From an uncultured Methanomicrobiaceae archaeon (GTDB lineage Archaea; Halobacteriota; Methanomicrobia; Methanomicrobiales; Methanoculleaceae): 64,000 bases of DNA. The DNA lies in assembly GCA_963826525.1 (NCBI GenBank), contig CAWGXH010000004.1:1568001-1632000 (forward strand), read 5' to 3'. Position 1 is the first letter of the stretch, and every line of letters begins with the position of its first letter. The notes below the pieces were generated by a model, which did no database searches, was not told the DNA's origin, and worked only from the letters and a program-made list of their open reading frames with translations. Shown here piece by piece: positions 20,926 to 32,990 of this stretch. A program made the position numbers and the translations under genes.

Positions 20926-21274
20926 CGGGGCTGATGAGGTGCCTTGAGTATATTAGGTGTCTCTCCGTGTGTATCCTGCTTGAGCGGAGTACCCTGCTGG
21001 ACGTTTCGCAGTCCGGCGTTACCACCGATCGAAAGGGTCTTCAATCCCTGCCTGCCCCTCCTCTGCGTAATCGCTCCTGGTTTCTCGCGGTGCTTGTTCC
21101 GTGGTCTATAATCTGATGTGATGCTTCATTGCCACCCGTCGCCCGGTCGGTACTTTTCGGTAGCCGCTTCTCCCCCCTCTCTGCCGGGCGGGGCGGAATG
21201 CATAGGTACGATTGCCCGGTAAGACTGCACGTCTCCTTCTGTCGTTTCCAGAGGAGTCTGGGGGATATTCCAAA

Positions 21275-22729
21275 ATGGCCGATGAAAGGATATACTCATT
21301 TCCAGCGGTTAGGAGGTGGCTCGGCAACCCGTTTGCCCTTGCGGCTCTCCGTTTCATGACCGTGAAGGATGATTGCGGAGACCGCCTCACTAATGCAATC
21401 AACTACTACCTGGACCCGTCGGAGACCCACTGCTGGAGGTGCAACCTTGCCGGGTGCATGGTCGGGCTTACCCTCCGCCGGAGCGGTAAACTCTTCGGCG
21501 TCAGCGAAGACGATATTCGTTCCGGACTCTCGGAGACGGTCTTTCAACGGGGGTTGAAGAACGTCCTTGAGGGGATCGGGCGCTACGGCGTCACCATGCC
21601 GCAGATCGTCAACGCTCCCTTTATGGTGGTCTGGGACTTCACCCACCGGTGCAACCTCCGGTGCACCCACTGCTACCAGGATGCCCAGAAGGCGCTTCCG
21701 CACGAACTTGATACGGATGAAGCGAAACGTCTCGTGGAGGATCTCGCCGCTGCCGGCGTGGTGATCATCGCATTCTCAGGAGGTGAGCCCCTGATGCGCA
21801 AGGACTTCTTCGAGGTTGCCGCTCATGCCCGCGAAAACGGGATCTACGTGGCGCTCGCCACCAACGGCACGCTCATCACCCCGGAGACGGCCAAAAAGAT
21901 CCGGGATACCGGGATCGACTACGTGGAGATCTCCGTGGACGGCAAGGATGCAGCGAGCCACGACTCCATGCGGGGCATGCCCGGTGCGTTTGCTAAGGCC
22001 GTGGAAGGCATCCGAAACTGCGTTGCCGAGGATCTCTACACCTGTATAGCGACAACGGTTACGCAGGCGAACTACGACCAGGTACCCGCGATATACGATC
22101 TCGCCTCAGACCTCGGGGTGAAGCGGCTGATGTGCTTCAACTTCATCCCGACCGGGCGTGGCGTGGAACTCGTGGATCTGGATATCACCCCCGGGCAGAG
22201 GAGAGACCTGATCCGGTTCCTTATCGGCAAAAACCAGAACGGTGCACAGACGGAAGCGCTCACCACGGCGCCGCAGATCGCAGCAGTGGCTCTCGAGGAT
22301 CAGGAGGGTTCGGGAGTTCCCGTCGGGCACTTCTACGCCGGGGAAGAGATGGAAGGCAGGACACGGCTGCTCGCAGAGTTCATCGGGGGGTGCGGGGCGG
22401 GACGGCTGTACTGCAGTATCGAGCCCGAAGGCGACGTGCAGCCCTGCGTCTTCATGCCGATTCCGGTAGGAAACGTTCGCGAAACGCCGTTCATCGAGAT
22501 CTGGCACACGAGTGATGTCCTCCGGAAGCTGCGGGATCGGAGCGAGCTCTCCGGGGCATGCGGCGATTGCGGGAGTAAGTATATCTGCGGGGGCTGCAGG
22601 GCACGGGCGTGGGCGTACTTCGGGGATCTCAACGCACCCGATCCGGGATGCGTGAAGAACCTCGACTCCTGGGAGTCGCTCCGGAACGGGAAGGATCCGG
22701 CTCCCGAACCCTCCTCGGATGCCCGGTAG
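21275..22729 (+). CDS. Radical SAM/SPASM protein with N-terminal Cys-containing extension
   Basis: CNLRCTHC, SGGEP, SPASM GCGAG...GDVQPC...CGDC...CGGCRARA...DPGC; about 110-aa N-terminal extension with CWRC. Confidence 0.9.
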   Translation: MADERIYSFPAVRRWLGNPFALAALRFMTVKDDCGDRLTNAINYYLDPSETHCWRCNLAGCMVGLTLRRSGKLFGVSEDDIRSGLSETVFQRGLKNVLEGIGRYGVTMPQIVNAPFMVVWDFTHRCNLRCTHCYQDAQKALPHELDTDEAKRLVEDLAAAGVVIIAFSGGEPLMRKDFFEVAAHARENGIYVALATNGTLITPETAKKIRDTGIDYVEISVDGKDAASHDSMRGMPGAFAKAVEGIRNCVAEDLYTCIATTVTQANYDQVPAIYDLASDLGVKRLMCFNFIPTGRGVELVDLDITPGQRRDLIRFLIGKNQNGAQTEALTTAPQIAAVALEDQEGSGVPVGHFYAGEEMEGRTRLLAEFIGGCGAGRLYCSIEPEGDVQPCVFMPIPVGNVRETPFIEIWHTSDVLRKLRDRSELSGACGDCGSKYICGGCRARAWAYFGDLNAPDPGCVKNLDSWESLRNGKDPAPEPSSDAR

Positions 22730-23028
22730 TCGCCGCCGGTTGAAATGAGCGGTGTGGGGAAGCGATCTCCACCGGCAGACCGCTCCCTTCCCCCTCAGGC
22801 GATCTTCCGCTCAGGTGCCCGGGCTAAGGAGGTGACTGATCGGGAATGCGCCCCGCCCGCTCTTCAAGACGGCTACTTCCGGTGGGGCGTACGCAGCCGG
22901 CCTCTTCTCTCCCCTCCATGATCGTCATCCCGATGCAGTTCCTCCGGAGAAACCGACCTGCCATTGAAATGGCGAGTCGGATCTTCCGGAAATGGATAAG
23001 TACTCGTGTCGTGAAGGAACGACTCTCT

Positions 23029-23373
23029 ATGCCTAATGCTGACAGGGATATGAAGATCGCGCGGATCCTCATCATCATATCCATCATATTCGGGATCTTC
23101 GTCGCGGTGACGGTACTGTACATCGGCATTGCGGGATTTTACGGAAGAATCGCTCTTCCTGGCCTGTTTCCTGCAGGCGCGATCGCGATTGGCGTGGTCA
23201 AGATCATCGGGATCGGTATCGGGCTGCTGGCACTCCAGACGCTCAGGGGAGGATCAGTGAGGCGGGCGGGGGCGTATGCCCTCGTTGCATCGTTCCTCCC
23301 GCCGCTGGATCTGATCATGCTCCTTGCAGCGCTGTTCCTCCTGCCGTTACGCCGAGGGAGCGAACCGGCGTAA
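23029..23373 (+). CDS. Small membrane protein (3-4 TM)
   Basis: Hydrophobic ORF located between the radical SAM genes. Confidence 0.6.
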   Translation: MPNADRDMKIARILIIISIIFGIFVAVTVLYIGIAGFYGRIALPGLFPAGAIAIGVVKIIGIGIGLLALQTLRGGSVRRAGAYALVASFLPPLDLIMLLAALFLLPLRRGSEPA

Positions 23374-23513
23374 CTGGTTGAAGGCTTTCCGGAGGCGATC
23401 CGGATTAGACTTTTATAGAATGGCATCGGTTTGTAGCACAATGCCCATGGATCGACGCTGTCAGGACGGTTCTATCATCAGCGACGATAACGTGTATCCG
23501 GAGATCTGATCGC

Positions 23514-24606
23514 ATGGGTGATGCCGTGAACGGCGGAGAGCCGCCCCGGATCATCTCCTGGAACGTGACGTTCCGGTGCCCGCTACGCTGTGCCCACTGC
23601 TATCTCGATGCAGGCGAACGGGAAGACCCTGCCGAGCTCGATACCGCAGAGGGGATGGCGCTCATCGATCGGATCAGCGAGATCGGGAGGCCGATTCTGG
23701 TGCTCAGCGGAGGCGAGCCGCTTATGCGGCCGGATATCTTCGACCTCGCCGGACACGCAACGGAATGCGGCCTGCGGGTTGCCATGGGGACGAGCGGGGT
23801 TTCCATCACCGGCGACGTGGCGGAACAGATGCGGGACGCCGGCATTCGAAAGGTGGCGATCAGCATCGATTCCGCGGACCCTGACGTTCACGATACCTTC
23901 AGGGGCGTGAAGGGTGCCTTCTCCCGGGCTATCGACGCCGTCCGTGCGGTTACGGATCAGGGGATTCCCGTGCAGATCCATATGGCCGTCAGAACGCCGG
24001 ATCCCGACGAGATTGACAGCATCGTCCGGCTCGGTTCAGAGCTCGGCATCCGGGATTACCAGTTCTTCTTTCTCGTTCCCACCGGGCGGGGAAGCGAGCT
24101 TGACGACATTGCGCCGATGGAGTGACGAAGCGGTGATCGGGCGGATCCTTGAGCACGCCCGCGAGCCGGGGCTCTCGGTGCGGCCGACCTGTGCACCGCA
24201 GTTCGTGCGGGTGGCAGACCGGATGGGGATTGACCCGGCATCTGGGGTCAGGGGCTGCATCGCCGGCATCAGTTACTGCCGGATCACGCCGACGGGGGAC
24301 GTAACGCCCTGCCCGTACCTCCCTCTTCCGGTCGGGAACGTCCGGTATCGCACGTTCGGGGAGATCTGGTCGGGCTCGCCGGTGCTGGCCGCTCTCCGCA
24401 GCCCGGATAACCTGAAAGGGAAGTGCGGCCGGTGCGGCTACCGCAGCATCTGTGGCGGGTGCCGCGCCCGGGCGTTCGGCGTCCGGCGGGAGGCAGGAGA
24501 TGTATGCGGCAGTCCGGCACGAACCGGCATGCCGGACGGGGATTACCTGGCGGAAGACCCCTGGTGTCCGTATGAACCGGCTTTTGGAGAGATGCAGGAT
24601 GAGTGA
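23514..24606 (+). CDS. ahbD: Radical SAM/SPASM heme b synthase-like protein (AhbD/NirJ2); apparent +1 frameshift at ~24124
   Basis: PRIISWNVT-CPLRCAHC, FFLVPTGRG, then RPTCAPQF, GCIAGISYC, PCPYL, CGGCRARA, EDPWC; immediately upstream of ahbAB. Confidence 0.75.
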
Positions 24607-25096
24607 TGTGACACTTGACAGACAGGATCGAGAACTTCTCGAGGTACTGCAGGACGATCTCCCCCTGGTATCCCGGCCGTGGCGGGAGATAGGGGAACGG
24701 CTCGGCATGCCGGAACATGACATCCTCGAACGGGTGCAGAGGCTCACTCGGATAGGGATCATCCGGAATATCTCCCCGATCCTCGAATCAAAACGGATTG
24801 GCCTCGCGGCCTCCACCCTCGTCGGTATGCGGGTGCCGGAGGAGCGTATCGATGAGGTTGCGGCGATCGTCAACCGCAACACAGCCGTATCGCATAACTA
24901 CGTCAGGGACCACGAGTACAACGTCTGGTTCACCCTCGCATCTCCCGATGATGCGACGCTCTCCTGTACGGTGGATGCAATCGTCCGGCAGACCGGCCTT
25001 CCTCCGGCGGACGTGTTGAATCTGCTTTCGGTCAGACGGTTCAAGATCGGCGTCCGATTCCGGTTCTCTCCGAACGGTGACGGAGGTGAGGCGTGA
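24599..25096 (+). CDS. ahbA: Siroheme decarboxylase subunit alpha (AsnC/Lrp-like)
   Basis: LQDDLPLVSRP, STLVGM, VSHNYVRDHEYNVWFTL. Confidence 0.88.
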   Translation: MSDVTLDRQDRELLEVLQDDLPLVSRPWREIGERLGMPEHDILERVQRLTRIGIIRNISPILESKRIGLAASTLVGMRVPEERIDEVAAIVNRNTAVSHNYVRDHEYNVWFTLASPDDATLSCTVDAIVRQTGLPPADVLNLLSVRRFKIGVRFRFSPNGDGGEA

Positions 25097-25581
25097 TACC
25101 CCTCGACCGTGCACTCCTTCTCCGGCTTGAGCAGGGGGTCCCGCTGGTGGAAGAACCCTTTGCCGCCATCGCCGGGGATCTTGGGGTTTCGGAAGACGAG
25201 GTGCTCAAGCGGCTCCGTGCACTCGCCGAGGAGGGGACCATCCGACGGTTTGCAGCGCGGATCAATCACCGGAACGCCGGCATCACTGCCAACGCGATGG
25301 TCGGATGGTGTGTGCCCCCCGGCCGGGTAGACCGGTTCGCAGAGGTCGTGATCCGGTTCCCGGAGGTGACGCACTGCTACGAGCGGGCCATCGTTCCCGG
25401 CCGGTGGGAGTACAACCTCTTCACCGTCCTCCACGGTCGGCACCGGGAGACCGTCGATCGCTGCATCGCCCGGATCGCCGAGGCGACCGGTATTGATGAT
25501 TACGTCGTCCTGGTCAGCACCCGGGAACTGAAACGAGCCCCGACAGGCAGGCTCCCACACCTGAAGGAGGGCAGCGCATGA
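25093..25581 (+). CDS. ahbB: Siroheme decarboxylase subunit beta
   Basis: PLVEEPF, HRNAG.ANAM, VTHCYER...WEYNLFTVLHG, STRELK. Confidence 0.88.
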   Translation: MIPLDRALLLRLEQGVPLVEEPFAAIAGDLGVSEDEVLKRLRALAEEGTIRRFAARINHRNAGITANAMVGWCVPPGRVDRFAEVVIRFPEVTHCYERAIVPGRWEYNLFTVLHGRHRETVDRCIARIAEATGIDDYVVLVSTRELKRAPTGRLPHLKEGSA

Positions 25582-26769
25582 TCCGGTTTACCCAGGCTCG
25601 TCTACGGGGATGCACCCGTGAGCGGCTCCGCCCGCAGACATGCAGAGACCGACAGGAGTCAACTCGCATTTACAGAGGTCTATCGGCCGGTGGTCTTCTG
25701 GAACATCACGAACCGGTGCAACCTCGCCTGCACCCACTGCTATATCAGGGGAGGGCCTGATCAGCGGCGCAGCGACGAGCTGACAACGGATGAGTCGATT
25801 GCTCTCATCGATGATCTCGCAGCGATGGGCGTTCCACTGCTCCTCTTCACCGGCGGTGAACCGCTGCTCCGGGAAGATTTCTGGGATCTGGCAGCATATG
25901 CCCGGAAACGCGGGCTCCATGCGGTCGTGAGCACCAATGGCACACTCATCACCCCCGCCGTCGCCCGCAGGCTTCAGGATGTTGGGATCGAGTATGCCGG
26001 TATCTCGCTCGACGGTGCGACAGCAGCCACGCACGATGGGTTCCGCGGGGTGCCGGGCAGTTTTGCCCGGTCTGTCCGGGCACTCGAAAACTGTACCGAG
26101 GCCGGCCTGAAGTGCGGCGTCCGGTTCACCGTCACGAAGAAGAACCAGCACGAGCTCGGCGACCTTATTGCCCTCGCAAAAACCCTGGGAGTCAACCGGT
26201 TCTGCGTCTACTGGCTTGTGCCGAGCGGGCGGGGGAACGAGATCCATACCGATCACCAGCTTCTGCCGGATGAGGCGCGGGCGATCGTCGACCTGATCTA
26301 CCGGGAGACGCTCCTGACCGACCCGTCGGCCATGGAATTTCTGACGGTCGACGCGCCCCAGGATGGGGCTTATCTACTCGAGAGGCTCCAGGCGGACAAC
26401 CATCCGGCAGAGGAACGGGCAGCGTTGCTCCTTGCCCGGATGGGCGGCTGCAGTGCGGGGAAGCGGGTGGCCAACATCGATCCCTCGGGGAATGTCTACC
26501 CCTGTCAGTTCGCACAGTTGGAGCCGTTTCTCATTGGAAACGTGCGGGAAAAGAGGTTCTCCGACCTCTGGAACGATCCGGAGAACCAGGTATTGTCGGC
26601 GTTCAGGGACGCTCCCCTCCGGATGGACGGGCGGTGCAGCTCCTGTGCAGAGCACGAGATCTGCGGCGGCGGGTGCCTGATCAGGGCATACGCATCAGAC
26701 CGTGACATCCGTGCAGGAGATCCGTTCTGTTCGAAGGTGTCCTCCGGGGCATTTCCCGGCCGGAGGTAG
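25578..26769 (+). CDS. ahbC: Radical SAM Fe-coproporphyrin III synthase-like protein (AhbC/NirJ1); apparent +1 frameshift at ~25595
   Basis: N-terminus MIRFTQ(L), RPVVFWNITNRCNLACTHCY, YAGISLDG, RFTVT, YWLVPSGRG, LTVD, PCQF. Confidence 0.82.
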
Positions 26770-27234
26770 ATCTACGTACCGGTGCCTGCTACAGGAGAAC
26801 GACCATGAACAATGCTTTTTCCGTCCCGTGGGGTCGGGCTTCGAAGAATCTGCCTGCCGGGGGCGTGCCGCAACCCGGCCTCTCCCGGTAGGGGCACTCC
26901 TGTTCCCTGACACTGGGGTGCCGGGGGTCTGTCTGATTGGATCAGCATCAAGTCGTGTACCTGCTGTGTATGGGACGAATCCTACAATTTGTGACCCTTT
27001 TTGAATATATCTCAGAGTGGTGGGAGTTTCGAGTTGCGCTCCCGTGATTGACCGGTGCTTTTGGTGGCATTGGTATCTCCTTGTCCGATTCTGCTTGAAG
27101 TGCCGTGTTCGAGAGTTCTCAAAGGTTCTCGAAAGGTAGTTATACCCTCCCTCCATGAACGACCTGCTCCGTACCGAAAACCGGGTTCTACGGCCGGGGA
27201 CTGATTGCACGCACGGTTCGGGAGGCGGTTTCCC

Positions 27235-28516
27235 ATGGATATAGTGTTCGTGCTGAATCTGGCCCTTGTCGTGGTCAGTGGCTTTGTCATTATCACCGGA
27301 CTGGTCTCCCGACGGCTCAGGAGCTGGGATATTCCCGAACCTCTGCTGGCATTTCTCATCGGTGTTCTGCTGGGACCTGCCGTCTTCGGGCTCTTCCAGC
27401 TGCCCTCCGGGGTCAATCTGCCGCTGGTACTGGAGGAGGCCTCGCGGTTGACGCTCGGTATCGGGTTGATGGGCGTCGCTTTCCGGATCCCGCGAGGTTT
27501 CTTCACCCGCGAACGCAGATCGCTTGCTGCGCTCCTCGGGCCAGGGATGGTGATCATGTGGTTTATCACCACCGTTCTGGTATATGCTCTCCTCCGTTTT
27601 CCCCTTCCTGTGTGTCTGCTCATAGGGGCGATCCTCACGCCCACCGATCCACTGATAGCCTCCAGCATCGTGACGGGACATGTGGCGAAGGCCAATCTGC
27701 CCGAACGTCTCCGAAACCTGATCTCCTCGGAATCCGGCGCGAACGACGGTCTTGCGTTCCCTTTCGTTGTCTTCGCGATCCTCCTCGTGCAGGAGGTTGC
27801 CCGGCCCGCGCTGCTGGACTCCGTCATCTACGTCGTGGTCTGGCAGGTCGGCATGGCCGTACTCGCCAGCGCCCTCATCGGGTACGGAGCGGGGGCATTT
27901 CTTCGGTGGGCCGAGGCGCGGAAAACGATCGAAAAGCGCTCGTTTCTGGCATATGCGATTGCCCTTGCCTTTGCAACTCTGGGTGCGCTGAAGGTGATGC
28001 AGGTCGATAGTATCTTAGGGGTCTTCATCACCGGTGTCGTCTTCAGTTCGGTCGTCGAGGAAGAGTCTGTGGAATCCGGGGCTATCCAGAAAGAGGACAT
28101 TCTCGAAGCAGTCAACTATTTCCTGACCGTTCCCGTATTCATTCTCTTTGGCATCATTGTTCCCTGGCATGAATGGTTCTCCTTTGGATGGGCGGCTGTC
28201 ATCCTTTTCATCGCCATTCTCCTCTTCAGACGAATACCGATGCTCCTCTCCCTTCGCTCTCTCCTATGGGAAGAGAAGAGGGGCGTCAATGCACTCTTCA
28301 TGGGCTGGTTTGGGCCAATGGGGGTATCCACCCTATTTTATGCCGGTTTCGCCGTCGGGAAAAACCGGCCTTGCGACGATATGGACCATCGTCAGTCTTG
28401 TCATCGCTGTCTCTATCGTGGTGCACGGTCTGACGGCAACACCGTTCACGCTCCTGTACAGCCGTTACGCCAGACGGAGTCCTGGAGAGGCAGATTCCTC
28501 CTCTCCAACGGAGTAA
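27235..28516 (+). CDS. Cation:proton antiporter (CPA1/NhaP-like); frameshift in an A5 run at ~28362
   Basis: GAILTPTDP, ESGANDGLAFPF, LFRRIP, GWFGPMG; C-terminal helix SIVVHGLT in the shifted frame. Confidence 0.88.
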
Positions 28517-28666
28517 AACCTGCAGCCTTGTTCCCGGAGCAGGGACCGGGACAACTCATCGTGCTGCAGGGCGAGTTTTTTATCTTTCATCAGAGCCTCC
28601 GTTGACGAATATGGGTCTCTGTCTGACACCGGAACGCGCTCCGGAACAGGTGTTTCCCTGAAATGA

Positions 28667-29593
28667 GTGTGGTTTAATTACCATGAGGACCCTGGAGCGA
28701 TGGACTTGATACTGCGTTTCTTACAGGGTATCGCCTTTGCACTGACGATTCCTGCATCGCTTGCGATCATGACGATAGCAACCGGACAGGCAACACGGGG
28801 GGGATCGATGGGCACGTTCAATAGTGCGCGATTCCTTGGGTTTACCATAGGGCCCTTGATTGGTGGATACATTTATACGGCTTTTCGGCCGGATGTTGCA
28901 TTCTACGTGGGAACCGGCTTCATAGTCCTGGCGATCATTCTCGTACAGTCCTGGGTGCATGATGAGCGCAGAGGAGGTATAGCAGCAGGAAGCGGGAATA
29001 AGAAGTCCCGCTCCCGTATCTTTGACCGTTCGCTTCTCTCAGCGGGCATTTTCGGGTTGGCATTCGCTGTTTTTCTGATGGCCGGGTCATTCTCCATGCT
29101 TGTGACGCTGGAACCTCAGTTCAACGCCAGGCTCCAGGAGACTGCATTTGCATTCTCTATAGCGTTCGCAGCGCTCACTGCGACCCAGGTGGTGCTCCAG
29201 ATACCGCTGGGAAGACTATCGGACCGGTGGGGGCGGAAACCGTTCATTATCGGGGGATTGCTGCTCCTGGCCCCATCCACCGCCCTCCTTGGGCTGATCT
29301 TCACGACCTACCAGCTCATCGGCGTGCGCCTGATGCAGGGAGTCGCCACTGCGGCAATTGCTGCACCGGCTTTTGCTCTGGCAGGTGATCTGTCTGGAGC
29401 AGGGTCGGAGGGGCGTAGTTTGAGCATCGTTACGACCGGGTTCGGTCTTGGGATTGCGCTGGGTCCGCTCATCGCTGGTTTTCTTGCCCTCTATGCCTTC
29501 GAATTGCCGTTCCTTATCGGCGGCATTCTTGCGCTTATCGGAGCCTGGGTGGTCTTCCACTATGTGCCGGAAACGGTCGAGAGACAGTCGTGA
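28667..29593 (+). pseudogene. MFS transporter lacking its first ~3 TM helices (5'-truncated)
   Basis: Begins near the TM4 motif LRFLQGIA; second-half motif GRLSDRWGRK present; only 308 aa; no upstream in-frame N-terminus recognised. Confidence 0.65.
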
Positions 29594-29842
29594 ATGCGGC
29601 AAAGGGAGGGTATTGATACGATTGCCCCGGGGCATTTCGCGCTGGAGCGGTATCATTCGGCAAGACGAACCCGGCCTGGCAGGATTGCGGTGATGTGTGG
29701 TGGGAGCGCCAGCCAGGTCATCCCCTTCCGGAAAATCGATTTCTCCCGTGGAGAATTCTGCACAGAGGTCATAGGTGCCCTTACCGCGGCGGCCATTCCA
29801 GGCGATAATACTATTATGCGGGGGGCGCATGGATGGACGGAT

Positions 29843-31234
29843 ATGCGACCGCAGGACAACGTCCCTTCGAGCCTGCTGGCCTTTTCGGTACTTGCTGGAT
29901 GCATCGGCATACTGGCAGGTCTTTTCGCTGTCATCTTCAGGCTGCTGATTGCGCTCTTCCATAACATCCTCTTCACCGGCAAGGCATCGATCGCCTATAG
30001 CGAAACCGTATACACCGCTGTGAGCCCCTGGGGGCCGCTCGTGGTCTTTGTGCCGGTTGTCGGTGCAGTGGGAGTGGCCTTCATCGCAAAGCACTTCTCA
30101 CCCCAGGTATTGCGAAGCGGTATTCCCGATGTCCTGAACGTGGTCTACTACGAGGATGGCATGCTGGCGAGAGGGCTTGCGATCTTCAGGACTCTCGCAT
30201 CTGCTCTTTCCATCGGGAGCGGAGCGCCGGTCGGGCGGGAAGGGTCGATCTTTCAGGTGGGAGCGGCCATCGCCTCAACAGCAGGGGGGTTGTTCTCTCT
30301 CTCCCGGGAAAGGACGCGGGTACTCATGGCGGCAGGCGGAGCCGGCGGGGTGGCCGCAACCTTCAATACTCCGGTGGGGGGATCCTCTTCAGCATAGAAC
30401 TCGTGCTTCAACGGGCAGGTCTTCGTGATGTTATCCCGCTGGTGGTCGCTTCGGGCGCGGCCACGTACATCGGCCGGTACTTCTTCGGATCCGCGCCCAT
30501 ATTTATCCTGACGGGTGCAACGGCACCGGGTGTCGTCGAAGCGCCGCCCGTTCTGCTCCTTTATGCCCTTCTCGGAGGAGCGCTCGGCATCGTTTCGGGG
30601 CTGTTTATCAGAGCTGACGTACGGCACGGAGGATCTCCTGGAGCGTCACTTCGGTGAGAATCTCTACCTCCGCCATGGGCTCGGGATGTTCGCGGTCGGC
30701 ATCCTGATCTATCTGACGATGGTGCTCTCCGGTCGGTATTACATAGAGGGAGGTGGATACTATCCAGTTCAGGAGATCCTCTCCGGGTCACTCTCTGCAC
30801 TATCCGTCCTTCTGGTTCTCTTCCTCTTAAAATTCATCAGTACATCGGTTGCACTTGGTTCCGGTGCATCGGGGGGTGTCTTCTTTCCGGCACTGTTCCT
30901 GGGAGCAGCGTTTGGTGGTGTCTACGGTTATCTCCTTGCAGGGATCTTCCCGGACCTGCACCTGAATCCGCAGACGTTTGTGATCTCCGGAATGGCGGGT
31001 GTCTTCGGATCGACGACCGGAGCGGTATTTGCGGCCATCGTCATGATCTTCGAGATGACGCTCAACTTTAACGCCCTGGTCCCCTCCACAATCGTCGTGC
31101 TGCTGAGTTACGGTGTTCGAAGGCTCATCGTGCGGGACAGCATCTATACCCTCGCCCTCACCCGGGGAGGGCGGCCGGTGCCCGAAGCGCTCGACGTGGA
31201 GGGTTATGGAAATCAGAATTGGGGTTCGAAGTAG
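29843..31234 (+). CDS. CLC chloride channel/transporter; two apparent frameshifts (~30380, ~30612)
   Basis: SGIP, GREG, AAGGAGGVAATFNTPV, GASGGVFFP, IFEMT, SIYT; no CBS domains. Confidence 0.85.
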
Positions 31235-31321
31235 CCTTCCCTACATGGCCTCAGGTCAGGAGCAACGCTACGGATGGATTCCAGCGCAATAATTATATAG
31301 GGTGCGTGTATTGGGTCTCCC

Positions 31322-31906
31322 ATGAGACCAATAGGAGTTCTTCTCATGGCACTTCTTGTGGTGAGTGCATGCGTTCTCATCGCAGGATGCACATCGCCCA
31401 GCGGGAACGCCACCCCGGCAACGACTCCGCCAACCACGACGGTGACGGGTACACCGACATCTGCCCCTACCACGGCGGCAGCAAACGCGACCGCGACGGC
31501 CACAACCGCAGCGAATACGACTGCGACCGCCACGTCTTCGGGCGGTGGGACGTACACCGTGATGACCAGTTCTAGCAGCCAGCTGGGGACATACCTGGTC
31601 GACGGGAAGGGAGTGACCCTGTACAATTTCACGACCGATTCCAAGGATCAAAGTTCCTGTAGTGGAGCATGCGTGAATGTGTGGCCGGTCTTCTACGCCT
31701 CGTCGATATCCGTTCCGTCCGATCTGAACGCGTCCGACTTCAGCTCGTTTACCAGGAGTGACGGGTCGATGCAGACTGCATATAAGGGAATGCCCCTGTA
31801 CTACTATGCCGCGGATACATCGGCAGGTCAGACCACGGGACAGGGACTGAATCAGTTCGGTGGCCTTTGGTACGTCGTTCCGCCAGATTCACCCGGGTAT
31901 TCGTAA
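31322..31906 (+). CDS. Lipoprotein with Thr-rich linker and secreted Y-x4-D repeats (Lipoprotein_15/COG4315)
   Basis: Lipobox LIAGC, LVDGKGVTLYNFTTD, SCSGACVNVWP, YKGMPLYYYAAD, GQG...WYVV. Confidence 0.85.
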   Translation: MRPIGVLLMALLVVSACVLIAGCTSPSGNATPATTPPTTTVTGTPTSAPTTAAANATATATTAANTTATATSSGGGTYTVMTSSSSQLGTYLVDGKGVTLYNFTTDSKDQSSCSGACVNVWPVFYASSISVPSDLNASDFSSFTRSDGSMQTAYKGMPLYYYAADTSAGQTTGQGLNQFGGLWYVVPPDSPGYS

Positions 31907-32990
31907 CTCGAATTTTCTTTTTTTAATCATCCCGGGCAGCAACCCACTCTACACCTGAGATATTCAGGGTACGAGAACATACTCCGGCGTTTTTGAGACC
32001 AGTCCCAGGTAGGGCAATTAACGGCCCCATTACTTCGCTCAGTGCCCCCTCTGCAACGTTCTGTTCGACGACGCTCATTGACACCTGGATAACTTCCTGG
32101 ATTGTAAGCCGAAGTGATCGAATCGGAAGAGATGCACATCGATAGTTCGCGGTCCCTGGTTCACCGGAGAACAGCATGCCCAGAGCAGAGCGATCGGGCA
32201 TTCTTCAGGAGGGGTGAGATGATGGCATAGAGATACCGGATTACCGGGTTTTTCATGCGTATCTGCAGATAACTCGGTTTCGCATCCGGTATGCTAGTTT
32301 CTATTGAAAACCGGGACTGGCAGATCCGATGCACCGATGCGGGTTCCATCGATGATTGTCGACGACATGCCCGGGTTTTCAACGTCATGCCCTTCTCGTT
32401 TTCCCTTCAGGTATTTCAGGGCAACTGCGATGGTCCGGACAAGCACCGGTTTGCCTTTCATCCGATATTCGGCATGCCGGTGAACGTCCCCGGAGGTGGT
32501 GCATCTGTTCCCCGGCCGTGGAGACCCCCGTATTCGGCTCGTGGATCGTGCCGCGGGGGAGCAAGGCAGGTCATGGTTTCATCTGCGATTGCCCGTCCGG
32601 TGGATTTTCGAGACGATATCACGAATAAGACCACCAAGCCGTTGTAGCAGGTGAACGGGCAATCCATTGCCCGGTTAATCTAAATACCATCTTCTCGGAG
32701 TATCGAAAGATTAGCCGGGCGGTACCACTTCTATCAGGTTTTGAGCATCACTATGTCCTAATATTATCAATTAGTTCAGATAAATTAGAACTCTCCTCCG
32801 TTGGGATGAAGGCCGATAAAAATAACTCCTTTTCCAGGCGAAAACTATATGTGTGCAATGCTTATATGGGGGGCGTGAGTCTTGTAGAGCTGCATTCATT
32901 CACAACGATTTCGCCTCACGGAACCTGCTGGATCACCAGTACTGCCACGGCAAAGACGCCGCTCTTCTCTACAAGGCGGGAGTTGATCGA

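Noticed and set aside
24122-24125. In-frame TGA in ahbD as selenocysteine or readthrough
   Set aside because: The downstream homology continues in a different frame; removing one G gives GAG TAC GAA. The same logic applies to the TGA at ~17050 in leuA.
31910-32990. Short ORFs in the 1-kb gap (and in 34860-35500) as RiPP precursors for the radical SAM enzymes
   Set aside because: The translations look random, lack an RBS or a leader/core pattern, and lie far from the enzymes. They may be decayed gene remnants.
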